From the NCBI GenBank assembly GCA_033813015.1, contig JAPXSN010000003.1:1-44878 (forward strand): DNA of 44,878 bases, read 5' to 3'. This document shows positions 25,171-34,502 of this stretch, piece by piece. The stretch comes from Clostridia bacterium (GTDB lineage: Bacteria; Bacillota; Clostridia; Christensenellales; CAG-138). Under the pieces are notes generated by a model that worked only from the letters and a program-made list of their open reading frames with translations, did not search any database and had not been told where the DNA came from. How positions within the stretch are numbered: the first letter of the stretch is position 1; each line of letters opens with the position of its first letter. Both the position numbers and the translations under genes were made by a program.

Positions 25171-26105
25171 CATGAAACGGGCGGGTTTTCGGCCAAGATG
25201 GAATCGAGGAACGCCTCGCCTATGCGAGGCTCCACGGTCGCGGTGCAGAGTATGGCCGCGCGGCCCGCCGCGAGCGCGAGCGCAAGCGTCCGCTCGGGCG
25301 CATATCGCCGCACAAAGCCGTAGAGCGCACCCGCCGCAAAGGCATCCCCCGCGCCGGTGGCGTTTTCCATGCGCTCCACCGGGCGCAGCTTCATGCGTAT
25401 GTAGCGCCCCTCGTTATCCGCATAGGCGCAGCCGTCCGCGCCGAGCGTGGTATAGACCATGCGGCAGCCTTTGGCGACGAGCTCTTGCGAAGCTGAGCGA
25501 AGCGCCGCCTCCGTATCGGCGCGCATGCCCGAGAGCATTTCGAGCTCCATGCGGTTGGGCTTGAGCATGTGGAAACGTCCGGCGCGGCCAATGAGCTTTT
25601 TCGCGTAAGTCGTCGAAACCGGGTCCGCGAAAACGGGCGCGCTGCGCGCAAGCTCCAGCACGCGGTCTATGACGCGCTCCGGCAGGCTCGGGTCGAGCAC
25701 CACGGCGTCCGCGCCGCAAAGCAGGGCAGCCTGCGCTTCAAGGTAGCCGTCGCTGAGCCGCTCGAGTATGCGCATGTCGGAAAGCGCCACGAGCATCTCC
25801 CCGTCGGGTTCGAGCAGCGCGCAGTAGGTCGAGGTCGGTTCGCCGGATATGCGCAGCGCGCGGGATACATCCACGCCGGCCTCGCGCGTGGAGGAAAGCG
25901 CCATTTCTCCGAGCGCATCGCGTCCCACAGCCGTGAGCAGGCGGCAGTCGAGTCCCATGCGCGCGAGGTTCTCGAGTATGTTGCGCGTGACGCCGCCCGC
26001 ATTGATCTGTACGATCCCGGGATTCGAATCCCGAAGGATCGGAGCGGAGCGGCTTTTCCCAATAAAGTCGGCGTTGAGTGCGCCGACGCCCGCGACGTAG
26101 CCCAT
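25167..26105 (-). CDS. PfkB-family carbohydrate/nucleoside kinase (pseudouridine-kinase-like)
   Basis: 312 aa; NAGGVTRNILENLARMG, KPNRMELEML, and a TGAGDAFAAG ATP-binding motif. GGGAGGG RBS. Confidence 0.8.
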   Translation of the reverse strand: MGYVAGVGALNADFIGKSRSAPILRDSNPGIVQINAGGVTRNILENLARMGLDCRLLTAVGRDALGEMALSSTREAGVDVSRALRISGEPTSTYCALLEPDGEMLVALSDMRILERLSDGYLEAQAALLCGADAVVLDPSLPERVIDRVLELARSAPVFADPVSTTYAKKLIGRAGRFHMLKPNRMELEMLSGMRADTEAALRSASQELVAKGCRMVYTTLGADGCAYADNEGRYIRMKLRPVERMENATGAGDAFAAGALYGFVRRYAPERTLALALAAGRAAILCTATVEPRIGEAFLDSILAENPPVSC

Positions 26106-26144
26106 ATTTTCCCTCCCAATCGCCCGAAGGCGCTTCGTTCCCGT

Positions 26145-26936
26145 TTACAGCCTTAAAAGCCTCTCGCGCTCCAAGAGGAACATGCGAAGGAAGCGCACGT
26201 CCGCGAGCTCGTCGTAATCCCTTTTGACCGGCCCCTCGGGCTGCAGCTCGTAGATTTCCGCGCCGGGGCACGCGCACAGCACGGGCGAGTGCGTCGAGAG
26301 GATGAACTGGCAATCCTCCGCGACGGCGTCGCGTATCATGTTCAAAAGCACGAGCTGGTTGAAATACGTCAGCGCGGCCTCGGGTTCATCCAGAAGATAC
26401 AGCCCGCCGCGCACGAGCCGCTTCCCGAAAAAGTCGAGGAAGCCCTCGCCGTGGCTGCGTTCGGTCAGCTCCGTCCTAAACTGTGCGTCCATCTCGCCGA
26501 TGGTGCGCGCGAAGGGCATGGAAGCGAGGGCCTTGGCGTAGGCCGAGCGCCCGCCGTAACCATCCTCAATCTCGCGCAGCGCCTGTTCGGCGTCCTTTCG
26601 CGTTTCCATGCGCGCCTCAAGCTCGCGTGAAAAGTCCTCCGCAGTAAAGTAGAAGCAAAGCCTCTGCGTGCGCGTGCGCGTAACGCGGAAATGCTTCGCC
26701 GCACCCTCAAGCAGCGCGCGCCTCTCGCCCCGGTTGCCCGCGCCGATGCGCACCGCCGAAAGCTTGGCCGCCATCAGCTCCAGCAGCGTGGTCTTGCCGC
26801 TGCCGTTGTCCCCCGCAAAGACGCTCACGGGGGAGGTGAACGCGATTTCTTCGAGCGCGGCGATGAGCGGCATCGCGAACGGGTACCCGGCGTTTTCGGG
26901 CGCATGCAGTTTTTCAAAGCGGGAGAGGTAGATCAT
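26145..26936 (-). CDS. stand-alone ABC-type/AAA ATPase (COG3910-like)
   Basis: 263 aa; YPF...AGDNGSGKTTLLELMA Walker A, LYLLDEPEAAL Walker B, STHSP. No SD sequence upstream. Confidence 0.75.
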   Translation of the reverse strand: MIYLSRFEKLHAPENAGYPFAMPLIAALEEIAFTSPVSVFAGDNGSGKTTLLELMAAKLSAVRIGAGNRGERRALLEGAAKHFRVTRTRTQRLCFYFTAEDFSRELEARMETRKDAEQALREIEDGYGGRSAYAKALASMPFARTIGEMDAQFRTELTERSHGEGFLDFFGKRLVRGGLYLLDEPEAALTYFNQLVLLNMIRDAVAEDCQFILSTHSPVLCACPGAEIYELQPEGPVKRDYDELADVRFLRMFLLERERLLRL

Positions 26937-26941
26937 GCTTT

Positions 26942-26970
26942 ATTATATGACGGCGCGGCGCCGCGCACAA
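26942..26970 (-). promoter_or_regulatory. candidate promoter giving a leaderless ATPase mRNA
   Basis: Minus strand: TTGTGC, 17-nt spacer (containing the 14-nt palindrome GCGCGGCGCCGCGC), TATAAT, then AAAGC and the ATG at 26936. Confidence 0.35.
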
Positions 26971-26977
26971 GACGGGC

Positions 26978-28036
26978 TCACAGTATGACATGCGCGCTTT
27001 GGCGAATGCCAAAGGCCGCCAAGTAGGCTTCCTCCATCGGGATCCAGTGCGCGGCGTACGTTTTGGCGGCGTCCCCGCCGTCGCGTTGCCTGATACGCGC
27101 GAGCTGCGTTTGAGAATCGACGTCCGAAAACGCGCGAAGGTTCATATAATCGCCGAGCGTGGGATGGCAGCAGTACGCGCCCTCGACGAGGCGCCATCGG
27201 GAGGCCGCGACCTCGCGTCTGCCGGAATACCCCATCGCGCCGCAGTCGAACACGCGGTAGGAGAACGCTTCGGGCGAGGTGAGGAAGGGGAGGACCTCTT
27301 CCCGAAAGCGCTCGAAGTGCGCGTTTCCCCCGGGCATGGCGAGGCGTTGCGCTGTGCGCAATTCCGCGGGAAGAAAGAAATCATCCATATGAACCACGCC
27401 CGCGCCCGTGATGGCCGCAAGGTCGGAGGTCATCGAGGTCTTGCCCGAGGCGCAGCGGCCGTCGAGCGCAACGACAGCCACATCCCCTTTGCGCGCGTTC
27501 ATCTTCTCTAGCAGCGGGAAAAGCCGGCCGACGCTTATCCTCACGAGCCGGTAGGCGGGCTTCTCCGCCGCGCGGTATTCCGCGCTGTGACGCACGGGGC
27601 GTATGCTCCCGGCAAAATATACTTGTGCGAATGCGCGGAATTCCTCCCCGGAAAAAGGAAGCGCACCCTCGTCCGCGAGCGCCTGCGCCGCGGCGAGGTA
27701 GCCCCGAAAAGCCGCCTCCGCGTCTGCCGGGGGAGGGGAGGCCGTCAGCAGGAACGCGCGCAGCAGCCATTCGCCCGGAAGGCCGCGCGCCTTCCATGCG
27801 CCGAGATCAACGCGGCAGAGGTCTATGGACACATCCTCGCACAGCGGGACTTCGCGCGGCTCGACTGCTGCAAATTCCTCCTTGAAATACGCGTGTGCGG
27901 CGGTCTCGTCCAAAACGAGGTGCTCCGCGCCGAAGGCCGCCTGATATGCGAGCTTCGCCGCGTCCTGCGGCCGCATGGATGGATGCGCTTTCGCATGCGC
28001 GGCGAATGCCGCGCACATGGCAGAACGGTTTTCCAT
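26978..28036 (-). CDS. two-domain protein: unknown N-domain + P-loop nucleoside/uridine-kinase-like C-domain
   Basis: VVALDGRCASGKTSM P-loop and VVHMDDFF. ATG at 28036 follows GGGAAGGA and lies 2 nt after the rsmI stop; an alternative ATG is at 28057. Confidence 0.65.
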   Translation of the reverse strand: MENRSAMCAAFAAHAKAHPSMRPQDAAKLAYQAAFGAEHLVLDETAAHAYFKEEFAAVEPREVPLCEDVSIDLCRVDLGAWKARGLPGEWLLRAFLLTASPPPADAEAAFRGYLAAAQALADEGALPFSGEEFRAFAQVYFAGSIRPVRHSAEYRAAEKPAYRLVRISVGRLFPLLEKMNARKGDVAVVALDGRCASGKTSMTSDLAAITGAGVVHMDDFFLPAELRTAQRLAMPGGNAHFERFREEVLPFLTSPEAFSYRVFDCGAMGYSGRREVAASRWRLVEGAYCCHPTLGDYMNLRAFSDVDSQTQLARIRQRDGGDAAKTYAAHWIPMEEAYLAAFGIRQSAHVIL

Positions 28037-28038
28037 GT

Positions 28039-28893
28039 CTATCCTTCCCTTTTGCATTGCCGGATCAGCGCGTAGGCCTCGTTCTTAGCCATGCCCGCGC
28101 GCGCGGCGAGCTCCGCCGCGGCTTCCTTCGCGCGAAGGCCGGAGGCGGCGAGTGTTTCGGCGAGCTTTTGCGCGTCCTCCAAAGGCATGCTCTCTTGCTC
28201 AAACGCGCCCTCGACGACGAGCACGCACTCGCCCTTGGGCGGCGTTTGGGCGTATCTTTGCGAGATGTCGGCGAGCCTGCCGCGCGCGACCTGCTCGTGC
28301 AGCTTGGTCAATTCCCGGCAAAGCGCCGCGTTGCGGTTCCCGAGCTTTTCCAAAAGCTCCTTGGCCGTGGCGGATACGCGAAGCGGGCTTTCGTAGAAAA
28401 TCAGCGTGCCCGAATGACGCGCTATCTTATCGATCGCCTCGCGCCGCGGCTTGGTTTCACGCGGCAGGAAGCCGACGAAGCAGGCGTTTGCGGCCGGAAG
28501 GCCCGAGAGCACGAGTGCCGTAGCCATGGCACTCGCGCCCGGCAGCACCGTGAAAGGAGCGTCCGCGGCGACGCAGGCCGCGACGAGCCGCTCGCCCGGG
28601 TCGCTGACGCCGGGCATGCCCGCGTCGCTGACGTAGGCCACGGCCTCGCCTGCGAGCACGCGGGCAACAATCTCCTGCGCCCGCGCGGCCTCGTTCTCCC
28701 TGCGGCAGCTCGCGAGGGGCTTTTTGATGCCGAGCTTCGCGAGGAGCGCGCCCGTATGCCGCGTATCCTCGCAGTATATCGCCGCGACTGCGCCGAGCAC
28801 GCGGATGACCCGCAGCGTAATATCCTCCATGTTGCCTATGGGCGTCGCGCACAAGTAGAGCATGGGCGCGAGGGGCGTTAATTCAGCGTTCAT
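28039..28893 (-). CDS. rsmI: 16S rRNA (cytidine1402-2'-O)-methyltransferase
   Basis: LYLCATPIGNMEDITLR, YCEDTRHTGALL, DAGMPGVSDPG. Confidence 0.9.
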   Translation of the reverse strand: MNAELTPLAPMLYLCATPIGNMEDITLRVIRVLGAVAAIYCEDTRHTGALLAKLGIKKPLASCRRENEAARAQEIVARVLAGEAVAYVSDAGMPGVSDPGERLVAACVAADAPFTVLPGASAMATALVLSGLPAANACFVGFLPRETKPRREAIDKIARHSGTLIFYESPLRVSATAKELLEKLGNRNAALCRELTKLHEQVARGRLADISQRYAQTPPKGECVLVVEGAFEQESMPLEDAQKLAETLAASGLRAKEAAAELAARAGMAKNEAYALIRQCKREG

Positions 28894-29554
28894 CCGTTCC
28901 CTCCAGCGTAATTTCCTCGATGATTGCGCCGTCGCGCGCGTTCTTTTTCGCCTCGGCCAATACGAGGTAAGGAGCCTTGCCCGGCTTTGCGCGCACGAGG
29001 CGGATGCGCTTAGGCGACAGCTTGGCGGCAGTAAGCTCCGCGCACAAGGGCGCGATGTCGTTCGCGGGATAGCAGATGAAGAGCCGCCCGCCGTTCTTTA
29101 AGAGCCGCGCCGCGCATTGGACCGCATCCCTGAGCGTGCAGTCCCCCTGAAACATACTCCTTCTTCGCGAGGGGTCGGGGCTTTCAGTTCCCCCGGTGAA
29201 GTACGGCGGGTTGCACGCCGCCAAATCGAACGTACCTATTTTTGCCGCAGTAAGCTCCCGCATGTCCGCCCGCATCACCTCGACAAGCCCCCCAAGCCCG
29301 TTCATGGCGACGCTTTGCTCCGCAAGCGCGCAGCAGGCAGGGTCGATGTCCGCAGCGAGTACGCGCGCGCCGGTTTTAGCGTGCGCCAATATCGCGACGA
29401 TCCCCGTGCCCGTGCCGAGGTCGATCATGCGCTCATTCGCCTTCGCGCGCACGAAGTTCGCGAGCAGCACCGCGTCGTGGCCGTAGGAAAAGCGCTCCGT
29501 GTCGCGCAGGAGCGTGAGTCCCTTATATTGAAGATCGTCTGTAACAACAGGCAT
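28883..29554 (-). CDS. N6-adenine-specific methyltransferase, tRNA1(Val) m6A37 (TrmN6/YfiC)-like
   Basis: Start moved to MPVVTDD (GGAGAG RBS) because the listed N-terminus MTIDNQGNAAAGG is translated repeat element D. SAM motif IDLGTGTGIV and catalytic CNPPYF. Confidence 0.8.
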   Translation of the reverse strand: MPVVTDDLQYKGLTLLRDTERFSYGHDAVLLANFVRAKANERMIDLGTGTGIVAILAHAKTGARVLAADIDPACCALAEQSVAMNGLGGLVEVMRADMRELTAAKIGTFDLAACNPPYFTGGTESPDPSRRRSMFQGDCTLRDAVQCAARLLKNGGRLFICYPANDIAPLCAELTAAKLSPKRIRLVRAKPGKAPYLVLAEAKKNARDGAIIEEITLEGTDER

Positions 29555-29564
29555 TTCACTCTCC

Positions 29565-29647
29565 GGCGGACGGATAATATCCGCCTCTGCGATCCCGCCC
29601 GCGGCGGCGTTCCCCTGATTGTCAATTGTCAATTTTCAATTGTCAAT
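29565..29647 (-). repeat. intergenic heptad-array/GC-hairpin element, copy D
   Basis: Minus strand: ATTGACA ATTGAAA ATTGACA ATTGACA ATCAGGGGAACGCCGCCGCGGGCGGG ATCGCAGA GGCGGAT-ATT-ATCCGTCC. The second hairpin is of the same type as in copy A. Confidence 0.8.
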
Positions 29648-29682
29648 TGCCCTCGCTCCGTCTATTCTACCACATTCCCTTG

Positions 29683-29711
29683 TTGACAAAAACACCCCTT
29701 GAACGTACACT
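29683..29711 (+). promoter_or_regulatory. candidate metG promoter
   Basis: TTGACA, 17-nt spacer, TACACT. The leader is only ~40 nt, too short for a T-box. Confidence 0.45.
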
Positions 29712-29753
29712 TTCTATTATTAAATTGGACGGGAAGGCCCTGAGGAGAAGCAC

Positions 29754-31775
29754 ATGCAGGAGAGGAAAACGTTTTACATCACGACCCCCATCTATTATCC
29801 GAGCGACAAGCTGCACATCGGCCACACCTACTGCACCGTCGCCACCGACGTCATCGCGCGCTACAAGCGGCTGTGCGGCTACGACGTCATGTTCCTCACG
29901 GGGACCGACGAGCACGGCCAGAAGATAGAGGAAAAGGCCAAGGCTGCGGGCGTCCCGCCGCAGGCGTTCGTCGACAACATCGTCGAGGGCGAGGGCGGCA
30001 TACTCGATTTATGGAAGCTCATGAACATTTCAAACGACAGGTTCATCCGCACGACGGACGATTACCATGTCGCCGCCATCCAGCGCATCTTCAAGAAGAT
30101 GTATGAAAACGGCGATATTTATAAAGGCAAATACACGGGCATGTACTGCACGCCCTGCGAGAGCTTCTGGACCGAGAACCAGCTCGTCGAGGGAAAGTGC
30201 CCGGACTGCGGCCGCGACGTGCGCTATGCCGAGGAGGAGGCGTACTTCTTCCGCCTTTCAAAGTATGCGGGCCGCGTGCGGGAGCTGTTGCTCGGCGGGG
30301 AGTTCCTCGAGCCCGCGAGCCGCGTCAACGAAATGGTCAAAAATTTCATCGACCCCGGCCTCGAGGATCTGTGCGTGTCGCGCACATCCTTCACCTGGGG
30401 CGTGCCGGTCGATTTCGACCCCGGACACGTGGTGTACGTGTGGATCGACGCGCTGTTCAACTACGCCACCGCGCTCGGCTTCGAGAACGGGCGTTATTCC
30501 GATTATGAAAAATACTGGCCCGCGGATGTGCACATGGTGGGCAAGGAGATCGTGCGCTTCCACTCCATCATCTGGCCCGCGATGCTTATGTCCCTCAACG
30601 AGCCGGTCGCGAAAAAGGTGTTCGGCCACGGCTGGCTTCTCTTGGGCGGCGGCAAGATGAGCAAGTCGAAGGGCAATGTTGTGGACCCCGTCGTGCTCGC
30701 CAACCGCTACGGCGTGGACGCGCTGCGCTTCTACCTCATGCGCGAGTTTCCGCTTGGCTCGGACGGCGCGTTCTCCAACGAGCTGCTCATTTCCCGCATC
30801 AACACCGACCTCGCCAACGATTTGGGCAACCTGCTCTCGCGCACGGTCGCGATGGTCGAAAAATACTTCAACGGCGCGCTCATCGAGGAGCGTAGGCCTG
30901 AGCCGATGGACGACGAGCTTATCGGCATCGTGTCCGCGCTCAGGGGCAAATACGAAACGCTCATGGATGATTTCGGCACGCAGGCCGCGCTCGAGGAGAT
31001 TTTTCGCGCGATCTCGCGCGCCAACAAATACATCGACGAAACCGCGCCCTGGGTGCTCGCGCGGGATGAGGCCAATCTGCCGCGCCTCGCGACGGTATTG
31101 TACAACCTGCTCGAAACGCTTCGCGTGTCGCTGACGCTGCTGTTGCCCTTCATGCCTGAAAGCTGCGGGAAAGCCTTCGCGCAAATAGGCGCGAGCGAGT
31201 ATTCGACCTCTTGGGAGAAGGCGGGCGAGTGGGGCGTCACGCCCGCGAACGCGAAGGTCACAAAGGGCGAGGCGCTCTTCCCGCGCATCGACCTCAAGAA
31301 GGAGCTCGCCGCGCTCGACGCGCTGCGGGGCGCGAAGGAGGACGCCGGGGAAAAGGAAAATCCCGCCGAGCCTTGCGCGATAAAGCCCACGCTCGAAGCG
31401 CCCGCCGAAAAGCCCGCCGAACCCGCTGCGGACGAAACCATCGGCTTTGCCGATTTCGAAAAGGTCAAGCTGCGCGTCGCGGTCGTCAAGGCCTGCGAGT
31501 TCGTGCCCAAGAGCGACAAACTCCTGAAATTCACGCTCGACACGGGGGACGGCGAGGAGCGCGTGATCCTCTCGGGCATCCGCAAGTGGTATCCCGATCC
31601 GGAAGCGCTCGTCGGCCGCCGCCTGATCGCCTGCGTCAACCTCAAGCCGAAGAAGATCTGCGGCGTGGAGAGCTGCGGCATGCTGCTCAGCGCCGTGACG
31701 GAGCAGGACGGCGCGGAAACGCTGCGCCTGCTTTCTACCGAAGAGATCATGCCCGGCGGCAGCGAAGTCTGCTGA
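29754..31775 (+). CDS. metG: methionine--tRNA ligase with C-terminal tRNA-binding (Trbp111/EMAP-like) domain
   Basis: HIGH (KLHIGHTY), KMSKS (KMSKSKGN), a CPDCG zinc knuckle, and a C-terminal FEKVKLRVAVVKACEFVPKSDKLL domain. Confidence 0.95.
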   Translation: MQERKTFYITTPIYYPSDKLHIGHTYCTVATDVIARYKRLCGYDVMFLTGTDEHGQKIEEKAKAAGVPPQAFVDNIVEGEGGILDLWKLMNISNDRFIRTTDDYHVAAIQRIFKKMYENGDIYKGKYTGMYCTPCESFWTENQLVEGKCPDCGRDVRYAEEEAYFFRLSKYAGRVRELLLGGEFLEPASRVNEMVKNFIDPGLEDLCVSRTSFTWGVPVDFDPGHVVYVWIDALFNYATALGFENGRYSDYEKYWPADVHMVGKEIVRFHSIIWPAMLMSLNEPVAKKVFGHGWLLLGGGKMSKSKGNVVDPVVLANRYGVDALRFYLMREFPLGSDGAFSNELLISRINTDLANDLGNLLSRTVAMVEKYFNGALIEERRPEPMDDELIGIVSALRGKYETLMDDFGTQAALEEIFRAISRANKYIDETAPWVLARDEANLPRLATVLYNLLETLRVSLTLLLPFMPESCGKAFAQIGASEYSTSWEKAGEWGVTPANAKVTKGEALFPRIDLKKELAALDALRGAKEDAGEKENPAEPCAIKPTLEAPAEKPAEPAADETIGFADFEKVKLRVAVVKACEFVPKSDKLLKFTLDTGDGEERVILSGIRKWYPDPEALVGRRLIACVNLKPKKICGVESCGMLLSAVTEQDGAETLRLLSTEEIMPGGSEVC

Positions 31776-32308
31776 TGGAAGCTCTCCCGCTCAAAAACGG
31801 GAAGCTGCTCGTCATCCGCGAGGCCGAGCCGGACGACGCCATGGCGTTTCTCGCTTTCTCAAAGGTCATGGGCGGCGAAACGGACTTTCTGGGCATAGAT
31901 GCGCAGGGCTGGCAGCGGAGTTTCGAAGAGGAAAGGGAAGTCCTCGCCGCGTCCCTGATCGCGCCCGACCGAGGCACGTTCCTTACGCTCGTCGATGGGG
32001 AGATTGCGGGCATGTTCTCCGTGCAACCCCTGAGTGAAAGGCCGCGCGTCAAGCAAAACGCCGTTTTCGGTATCGCCATACGCCAAAGCTGCTGGGGTCT
32101 GGGCATAGGCGCAGTCGTCATGACGCTCGCCATAGACCGCGCGCGGGCGTGGGGCTACCACAAGCTCTGCCTCGAGGCGCACGCGGGAAACGAGCGCGCA
32201 ATCAGGCTCTACCGCCGCTTCGGCTTCGCGGAATGCGGCAGGCGGCGCGAGCACATACTCGTAAACGGGCAATACTGCGACCAAATACTCATGGAGCTGA
32301 TGCTTTGA
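31775..32308 (+). CDS. GNAT family N-acetyltransferase
   Basis: The ATG overlaps the metG TGA (TGATG). QSCWGLGIGAVVM...ARAWGYHKLCLEAHAGNERAIRLYRRFGF is an acetyl-CoA-binding motif. Confidence 0.8.
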   Translation: MEALPLKNGKLLVIREAEPDDAMAFLAFSKVMGGETDFLGIDAQGWQRSFEEEREVLAASLIAPDRGTFLTLVDGEIAGMFSVQPLSERPRVKQNAVFGIAIRQSCWGLGIGAVVMTLAIDRARAWGYHKLCLEAHAGNERAIRLYRRFGFAECGRRREHILVNGQYCDQILMELML

Positions 32309-33090
32309 ACTGCTTTGACACGCACGCGCATCTGTGCGACGAAAAATTCGATTCCGACCGCGGCGAGCTGATCGCTTCCCTGCCCGAATCGGGCGTGGCG
32401 CTTTGCATCAACGTCGCCTGCGAGGCGGACGAGTTCGGCGCGAGCGTGGAGCTGACGCGCCGTTATCCCTTCCTCTACGGAGCCTACGGCATCCACCCGC
32501 ACGTCGCCTCAAATCCCGGCGAAAATTGGGAAGATAAGCTTCGCGCCGCGCTCGCGGACAAAAAAGCCGTAAGCCTCGGTGAGATAGGTCTCGATTATCA
32601 CTACGATTTTTCCGAAAGGCCCGACCAGAAGCGCGTTTTCGTGCGCCAGCTCGAGATGGCCAGGGAGCTGAACCTTCCCGTCCAGCTCCACATTCGCGAG
32701 GCGTTCGGCGACTGCATGGATGTCCTGCGCAGCCACCGCGACGGCCTTCGCGGCGAGATGCACTGCTATTCCGGCTCCATCGAAACCGCGCGGGAGTGCC
32801 TTGACCTCGGCCTCTACATCGCGCTCGGCGGCGCGGTTACGTTCGAAAACGCCCGCCGCCTAATCGAGGTCGCGGCCTACATACCGGACGATCGCCTGCT
32901 CGTTGAAACCGACTGTCCGTACCTGACGCCCGTACCGTTTCGCGGCCGCCGCAACGACCCCTCGAAGATCGTCCACACAATCCGGCGGCTCGCGGAGATC
33001 CGCAATACGACGGCGGAGCATGTGGCGCGTATGACGTTGGAGAATGGGAAAAGGCTGTACGGGATAACAGAGCAGCCTGTCACATATTAG
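32305..33090 (+). CDS. tatD: TatD family metal-dependent hydrolase/DNase
   Basis: The TTG start overlaps the GNAT stop (TTGA). FDTHAHL, EIGLDYHY, VQLHIREA, ETDCPYLTPVPFRG. Confidence 0.85.
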   Translation: MNCFDTHAHLCDEKFDSDRGELIASLPESGVALCINVACEADEFGASVELTRRYPFLYGAYGIHPHVASNPGENWEDKLRAALADKKAVSLGEIGLDYHYDFSERPDQKRVFVRQLEMARELNLPVQLHIREAFGDCMDVLRSHRDGLRGEMHCYSGSIETARECLDLGLYIALGGAVTFENARRLIEVAAYIPDDRLLVETDCPYLTPVPFRGRRNDPSKIVHTIRRLAEIRNTTAEHVARMTLENGKRLYGITEQPVTY

Positions 33091-34385
33091 TCCGCCTTTA
33101 TATCGCGCTCAAGCTCCGTTCGAATGTACCGATCGAAAGCGTTTATGTCCAGCCGGAACACATGGGCATTGCCCGACGTTCGTTTCATAATTGGCAATCG
33201 GTCGCTTGTAATCATTTCGTGAACGAGCCTCCTTGTTTTGGCTAGTCCGACTTCAGAGTATGCCTTGAGCGTGGAGATATCGAAATAGTTGTCTTCGTCC
33301 GAGAACAATGCCGCCTGAACGAAGACGAACAGCAGCCCTTTTTTCGTTTCAACATCTTTTTCCTTTCCCCCAAATAACAGCGATTTTAAACTGTTCAACC
33401 TGCTTTCATAGTATATGAGTTTATCGTTTCCTTCCCTGACCTGCTCCTCTACCCGTTGCGCCGCGCTAAGCAAAATTTCAAGAAACGCAATGACAAAAGG
33501 CGTTAAGTCCCCCGCGTTTTTGCCTTCGTTACAGATAGAAAAAGCCTTGTAGTATTCAGCCTTTTTTTTCTTAAATTCCGCCGAGGCGGCAAGTCCTAAA
33601 AGCTTGTTCACAGTTTGGTAAAGCAGCCCGCTCATGACAAATCGGTTTATTCTTCCGTTGCCGTCATAAAACGGGTGCGCATAAGAAAACAAATAGTGAA
33701 AAACGGCAATTCGAATCAGTACGGGCAAATCTTCGCTGTTCAGTATTCTAATGGATTGCTCGATATGCTCTATGAGTTTTTCTTCCGGACCGATTCCCTG
33801 ATGGACGTGGTCTCCGTGTGGATTATCTATATAAACGGTTCCTTTTCTGAATATCGTCCCATCGGGAATATCTTCTGCGTCAATCTCATCCAGAACAACA
33901 TCATCGTAGATCTTCCTGACATCCACGGATGAATTCAGGGATATCTTAATTTCATCATTCAGCAGCATAAGGTATTTTTTTATCATGCCCTCAAATCTTT
34001 TTCCGCCGGATTTCCTGTTTGCCCGGAGCGCGTCGATTGTATTGTTTATTTCTCTTTTTGTACTGTGTATATTTTCTATTTCATTCGTGTTTTGAATTTC
34101 GTCTATGAGGCATTGGTTGATGTAATGGCTTTTTGCCCCCTCGGGAAAGCGCGAAAAAATGGAGTTAATTTCAGCGGCACACATACATATTTTCTCTATC
34201 AAAACACTCTGCTCGTAGGTGCACGCCAAAAACGCTTCGTGCTCTTCCTGCGCACCAAATTCCTTTATAGAAAGAGGAAATCTGATCGTGCCAAATGCCT
34301 GCCGCCTCTTTTTGACCTCATCCGCATAAGCCTTCGGCTTGGCGGAATATAAGTAAAACTTGCTTTTCAGCAATTCGTACCTCAT
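33087..34385 (-). CDS. Fic family protein (AMPylase-type fold) with N-terminal inhibitory-helix motif
   Basis: 432 aa; Fic motif HPFYDGNGRINR. The upstream TNEIEN fits the [ST]xxxE[GN] auto-inhibition motif. The gene is conspicuously AT-rich compared with its flanks. Confidence 0.85.
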   Translation of the reverse strand: MRYELLKSKFYLYSAKPKAYADEVKKRRQAFGTIRFPLSIKEFGAQEEHEAFLACTYEQSVLIEKICMCAAEINSIFSRFPEGAKSHYINQCLIDEIQNTNEIENIHSTKREINNTIDALRANRKSGGKRFEGMIKKYLMLLNDEIKISLNSSVDVRKIYDDVVLDEIDAEDIPDGTIFRKGTVYIDNPHGDHVHQGIGPEEKLIEHIEQSIRILNSEDLPVLIRIAVFHYLFSYAHPFYDGNGRINRFVMSGLLYQTVNKLLGLAASAEFKKKKAEYYKAFSICNEGKNAGDLTPFVIAFLEILLSAAQRVEEQVREGNDKLIYYESRLNSLKSLLFGGKEKDVETKKGLLFVFVQAALFSDEDNYFDISTLKAYSEVGLAKTRRLVHEMITSDRLPIMKRTSGNAHVFRLDINAFDRYIRTELERDIKAD

Positions 34386-34502
34386 GCTTCCCCCTCAGGT
34401 TTAAAACTTAGATTTTTGACTACGTTATTCTATTATAAACCAAAAGTCAAGTCAATAATCCGCATTTTTGAATCGACTTGTTATGAAAAAGCCCCGGAAT
34501 TG

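Noticed and set aside
29648-29753. T-box leaders upstream of metG (29648-29753) and cysS (40052-40062).
   Set aside because: The untranslated regions are only ~40-100 nt and ~10 nt. There is no specifier hairpin, no T-box sequence (AANNNGGGTGGTACCGCG-like) and no terminator/antiterminator pair.
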